Of a DNA stretch of 32,000 bases, positions 28,099 to 32,000 are shown one piece after another. This DNA comes from Caedibacter taeniospiralis (GTDB lineage: Bacteria > Pseudomonadota > Gammaproteobacteria > Francisellales > Francisellaceae): the NCBI RefSeq assembly GCF_002803295.2, contig NZ_PGGB02000003.1, forward strand, positions 210 through 32,209, written 5' to 3'. The translations under genes were made by a program, and so were the position numbers. Each line of letters opens with the position of its first letter. Within the stretch, counting starts at the first letter, position 1. The notes below the pieces were generated by a model. It saw nothing but the letters and a program-made list of their open reading frames with translations, did no database searches and was not told the origin of the DNA.

Positions 28099-28992
28099 AT
28101 GGACATTAAAATTGAGACTAAACGTCTATCATTACGTTTATTGACTAAAAATGATCTTGATAATTTACAAAAATTAAACGCAGATCCAGATGTAAGGGCA
28201 TTTTTTCCAGACGGAACACAAAACAGGGAACAAACAAAGAAAAGGATGCTGGAGCTAATCAATAACTATAAGGACCATAAATTACCCGGCTTCATAATAT
28301 TAGAAAAAGAATCCCAGACTTTTTTAGGACGTTGTGGTTTCTCATTGTTAGAAAATAATGAAGTAGAAGTCGGGTATTTGCTGCATAAAAATTATTGGGG
28401 CAAAGGGTATGCTACTGAAGCTTTAAATACATTGCTTAATTGGGCGAAGAAAAATATTAACCGACATTATATTATAGCATTTGCTCCCACACCGCACGTT
28501 GCATCACAGCGTGTAATGGAGAAGTGCGGTATGATTTTATATAAAACTGATATTGCCCATGGAGTGGAATGCAAATTCTATAAAATTAAAAATACTCAAA
28601 TCAAAGCACGCATAAGTCATGTAGCACTTTTGATAACAGACTTAAAAAAAGCAAAGCATTTTTATGGCAATATCTTAGGACTCTCTGAACTAAAACGACC
28701 ACCATTTTTTATTAAAGGACTCTGGTATGATTTGGGTGACCTTGAATTACACCTTATGCTTTATGAGCAAGCAGAACAACCTCAAGTACACCCCTTAAAT
28801 GAAACCGTGCAAGCGCATTTTGCCCTATCCATGCCAGAGCTTCAGTTAAACATAATTTTGGAAAAATTAAAAACCGCTGGTATAGAACTGATTACAGAGC
28901 CGTCCCTATCACCTGCAGGGGTATTGCAGGTTTTCTTTTACGATTTTGACAAAAATATGATTGAGCTTAATAATGAACCGGAGACAACATGA
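28099..28992 (+). CDS. GNAT (RimJ/RimL-like) acetyltransferase fused to C-terminal VOC/glyoxalase-like domain
   Basis: N-term: IETKRLSLRLLTKNDL, VEVGYLLHKNYWGKGYATEAL, ASQRVMEKCGM; C-term: ISHVALLITDLKKAKHFYGNILGLSELKRP...LGDLELHLM...VLQVFFYDFDKNMIEL. Confidence 0.88.
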   Translation: MDIKIETKRLSLRLLTKNDLDNLQKLNADPDVRAFFPDGTQNREQTKKRMLELINNYKDHKLPGFIILEKESQTFLGRCGFSLLENNEVEVGYLLHKNYWGKGYATEALNTLLNWAKKNINRHYIIAFAPTPHVASQRVMEKCGMILYKTDIAHGVECKFYKIKNTQIKARISHVALLITDLKKAKHFYGNILGLSELKRPPFFIKGLWYDLGDLELHLMLYEQAEQPQVHPLNETVQAHFALSMPELQLNIILEKLKTAGIELITEPSLSPAGVLQVFFYDFDKNMIELNNEPETT

Positions 28993-29558
28993 CCATCATT
29001 ATTGAAACAGAAAGGCTTATTTTAAGAACTTGGAAAGAAGAGGATGCGGATGGCTATTTTCAAATCAACCAAGATCCAAAAGTGATCGAGTTTTTACGTG
29101 GACCATTGATGATGGAGCAAGTGAATGATTTTATCCCTGCGGTTAATAATCATCAAGATAAACACGGTTACACATTATGGGCAGCCTGCCTGAAGAAAAC
29201 TGGTGAATTGATAGGCTTTATCGGTCTAAATTACACTAATTTTGAATCACATTTTACTCCTGCAGTTGAAGTAGGTTGGCGTTTAGGATCGCAATATTGG
29301 GGTAAAGGCTTTGCCACGGAGGGAGCTAAAGCTTCCTTGGAATATGGGTTTAAACAGTGCGGTCTTAAAGAAATTGTTTCTTTTACCGTGCCAGCTAATA
29401 TTCGCTCTATTAGGGTTATGGAAAAAATAGGATTAAAACGTGATTTAAATGGCGATTTTGCTCATCCTAAATTAGCTGCGGATCATCCTTTATCACAACA
29501 TATTTTATATCGCTTGAATGTGGATGAATATTTGAAATTAAATCAACATATTTTATGA
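28989..29558 (+). CDS. GNAT (RimJ/RimL-like) acetyltransferase
   Basis: IETERLILRTWKEEDADGYFQINQDPKVIEFLRGP, VEVGWRLGSQYWGKGFATEGA, NIRSIRVMEKIGL; ATGA overlap with preceding gene. Confidence 0.92.
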   Translation: MTIIIETERLILRTWKEEDADGYFQINQDPKVIEFLRGPLMMEQVNDFIPAVNNHQDKHGYTLWAACLKKTGELIGFIGLNYTNFESHFTPAVEVGWRLGSQYWGKGFATEGAKASLEYGFKQCGLKEIVSFTVPANIRSIRVMEKIGLKRDLNGDFAHPKLAADHPLSQHILYRLNVDEYLKLNQHIL

Positions 29559-29658
29559 GAACATTTGAGCAAAACATCATTTTATAGGCTATCAAATTGG
29601 CTAATGACAATGACTATTTTGTTTGAGTCGAGATTTTATCTAAGCTATCAAATTTAGG

Positions 29659-30324
29659 CTAATCTTGTGATTTTTGAACAATATATCCAACCCCACGCAA
29701 GGTTTTAATGTATTTGCTCTGAATTTTTTTACGTAAGTTATGGATATGCACTTCTAAGGTATTTGAGTCAACTTCCTCGTCCCAGCCATAAAGTTTCTCA
29801 AGGAGCTTCGTTTTTGAAACAACCTTGCCTGCGTTTTCTAATAGACACTCTAATAGCGCAAACTCACGCCTTGATAACTTAATAAATTCACCATTTACCG
29901 TTAGTGTTTGTGCGGCGGGATCCAGCTCTAATGATTCAAATTTTATTTTAGGCTCAGCTCTACCCGCTGAACGGCGCACCAATGCTCGCATCCTTGCCAA
30001 AAGCTCCGACAGATCAAATGGCTTTGTTAAGTAATCATCTGCTCCTGAATCAAGACCTCGTACACGATCACCAACTGCATCTCGTGCGGTTAGTAATAAC
30101 ACAGGCACTGCATTTCCCTTGGCACGAATGCTCCTTACAATGGCGATCCCATCTTTAGATGGCAAACCGATATCCATCACTACCGCATCATAAGGTTCAG
30201 TATCTAAGGCAAGTTCAGCCATTTTTCCATCCTGCATTAAGTCTACAGCGTAGTTATGCTGTTTTAAACCTTCAACGATCCCCTCACCTAACATGACATC
30301 ATCTTCAGCCACCAATATGCGCAT
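29659..30324 (-). CDS. OmpR/PhoB-family response regulator (QseB/PmrA-like)
   Basis: Receiver domain with VVMDIGLPSKDG, LLLTARD, GADDYLTKPF; C-terminal winged helix LSRREFALLECLLENAGKVVSKTKLLEKLYGWDEEVDSNTLEVHIHNLRKKI. Confidence 0.95.
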   Translation of the reverse strand: MRILVAEDDVMLGEGIVEGLKQHNYAVDLMQDGKMAELALDTEPYDAVVMDIGLPSKDGIAIVRSIRAKGNAVPVLLLTARDAVGDRVRGLDSGADDYLTKPFDLSELLARMRALVRRSAGRAEPKIKFESLELDPAAQTLTVNGEFIKLSRREFALLECLLENAGKVVSKTKLLEKLYGWDEEVDSNTLEVHIHNLRKKIQSKYIKTLRGVGYIVQKSQD

Positions 30325-30373
30325 TATTACTCCAATCTACTATGATTCTGCTCTATAAGCTAATAGCACTACC

Positions 30374-31999
30374 TTAAGCAATGTATGCCAACAACCCTTT
30401 GGTTGAGCTGTCATAATTGTCATGAGAAAAAACACCCTTTTGCAAACTCTCTAAGATAGGCTTGCTTAACGCTTTTCCCAGCTCAACCCCCCATTGGTCA
30501 AAACTATTAATCCCCCAAGTGACTCCTTGAACAAATATTTTATGCTCATACAAAGCGATCAACTCGCCCAGGGCATATGGCGTTAATTCATCCATAATGA
30601 TGGTATTGCTTGGCTTGTTACCTGCAATGACCTTTTGTGCTGCCAATGTACTGATCTCATTTTCATTGACTCCAGCACTTTTTAATTCCTGCACAACAGA
30701 TGCTAAGGTTTTGCCCTGCATCAATGCTTGAGATTGCGCTAAACAGTTTGCCAGTAACGCTTGTTGATGGTCTTTTAATCCGTGGTGTGGTTTCTTAATT
30801 GCAATGAAATCAACGGGGATAGTAATATTGCCTTGATGCAGAAGTTGATGAAAAGCGTGCTGCCCATTGGTGCCAATACCACCCCATAACACAACCCCTG
30901 TCTGCTCATGACTTAAAACCCCCTCTTTTTTACAAGACTTTCCATTGCTTTCCATGTCGGCTTGCTGTAAATAATCAACCAGGTAACGCAACCTATCATC
31001 ATAGGCTAAAATCGCCTGTGATTGCGTATGATAAAAGTTACTATACAAAATAGCGGTCATTGCCAAAATCACCGGCATGTTTTGTTTTAGTGGTGCCGTT
31101 TTAAAGTGTTCATCCATAGCATGCGCACCCTTTAGCAAGTCTTCAAAAGCACTATAACCCACGGCAAAAACAATCGCCATTCCGATGGAGGACCATAGTG
31201 AATATCGACCGCCAACCCAACCCCACATTTCAAAGCAGTTTTGCAAGTCAATCCCAAAAGCTTTTACTTTGTCTAATGCGCTTGAAACGGCAACAAAGTG
31301 TCTTGCAATCGCTTTTTCATCCCCGTAATAGTCCAAAAGCCAGCGCCGCGCTGTCATTGCATTCATGAGCGTTTCCTGTGTTGTAAATGATTTTGAGGCA
31401 ACGATAAACAGGGTTGTTTCAGGATTCACTTGATTTAAAACACTCAAAACAGACACTGCATCGACATTTGACACAAAATGCACACGTGTTTTATTAAGGT
31501 GATATGGTCGCAAGGCTTCAACTGCCATCTTGGGTCCCAAATCAGATCCCCCAATACCGATATTGACGACATCTGTTATTGTTTTACCCGAAAATCCACA
31601 CCAACGTCCCTCATGCACATCGTCCACTAACTGTTTAACACGCTGACGCTCCGATTCAATTTCAGATTTTACATTTGCGCCGTCAACACAGACTTCTTGA
31701 TGCGAAAAATCTCGCAAAGCCGTATGCAATACCGCACGATGTTCACTGCTATTAATTTTGTTGCCTGCAAACATTTTATCCCTTAGTTTTTCAACTTTTG
31801 CATCAATTGCTAAGGCAAAAAGTTCATGCAAAATATCCTCGGTTATTTTGTTCTTTGAGTAATCCAATAAAAGTGTTCCAACTTTCAAATGATATTTTTG
31901 AAAGCGCTGACTATCTTCATCAAATAGATTTTGAATGTGCAAATTTGAATATTTATTGATAAGTAAATCCTGCAATCTTTGTCTAATATGCTGATTCAT
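30374..31999 (-). CDS. pgi: Glucose-6-phosphate isomerase
   Basis: [73 protein letters not shown]. Confidence 0.97.
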   Translation of the reverse strand: MNQHIRQRLQDLLINKYSNLHIQNLFDEDSQRFQKYHLKVGTLLLDYSKNKITEDILHELFALAIDAKVEKLRDKMFAGNKINSSEHRAVLHTALRDFSHQEVCVDGANVKSEIESERQRVKQLVDDVHEGRWCGFSGKTITDVVNIGIGGSDLGPKMAVEALRPYHLNKTRVHFVSNVDAVSVLSVLNQVNPETTLFIVASKSFTTQETLMNAMTARRWLLDYYGDEKAIARHFVAVSSALDKVKAFGIDLQNCFEMWGWVGGRYSLWSSIGMAIVFAVGYSAFEDLLKGAHAMDEHFKTAPLKQNMPVILAMTAILYSNFYHTQSQAILAYDDRLRYLVDYLQQADMESNGKSCKKEGVLSHEQTGVVLWGGIGTNGQHAFHQLLHQGNITIPVDFIAIKKPHHGLKDHQQALLANCLAQSQALMQGKTLASVVQELKSAGVNENEISTLAAQKVIAGNKPSNTIIMDELTPYALGELIALYEHKIFVQGVTWGINSFDQWGVELGKALSKPILESLQKGVFSHDNYDSSTKGLLAYIA

Positions 32000-32000
32000 G

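Noticed and set aside
29588-29663. Imperfect direct repeat GCTATCAAATTGGCTAAT / GCTATCAAATTTAGGCTAAT
   Set aside because: Two imperfect AT-rich copies around the 3' end of the response regulator; too weak to propose a function.

Overview
This 32 kb window looks like mostly chromosomal, gammaproteobacterial-type DNA. That placement is inferred from gene content and protein character, not from a search. Core blocks are rpsF-rpsR-rplI, tRNA-Val, rpoZ, hemH, sdhCDAB-sucAB, holC, a yjdM/phnA-like gene, purK, ligA and pgi. Accessory-looking parts are: (1) a preQ0 (7-deazaguanine) locus, queC divergent from queD-queE, whose enzymes have non-standard metal/cluster motifs and whose 0.5 kb intergenic region is rich in inverted repeats; (2) a DUF559 endonuclease-like gene tightly bracketed by inverted two-hairpin repeats with compensatory stem changes; (3) a compact minus-strand cluster of small-molecule phosphotransferases and GNAT acetyltransferases, including a P-loop kinase-GNAT fusion, a frameshifted GNAT and a small unlisted ORF; (4) an AbiEi/AbiEii-like type IV toxin-antitoxin pair preceded by three palindrome-containing blocks spaced exactly 93 bp apart and by paired TGTCCT hairpins; (5) a GNAT-VOC fusion gene. 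The strongest leads are the 93-bp-phased array upstream of the AbiE-like pair, the DUF559 repeat-bracketed unit, and the QueC homologue lacking all four expected zinc-site cysteines. All family assignments come from motif recognition by eye; no database search was run.
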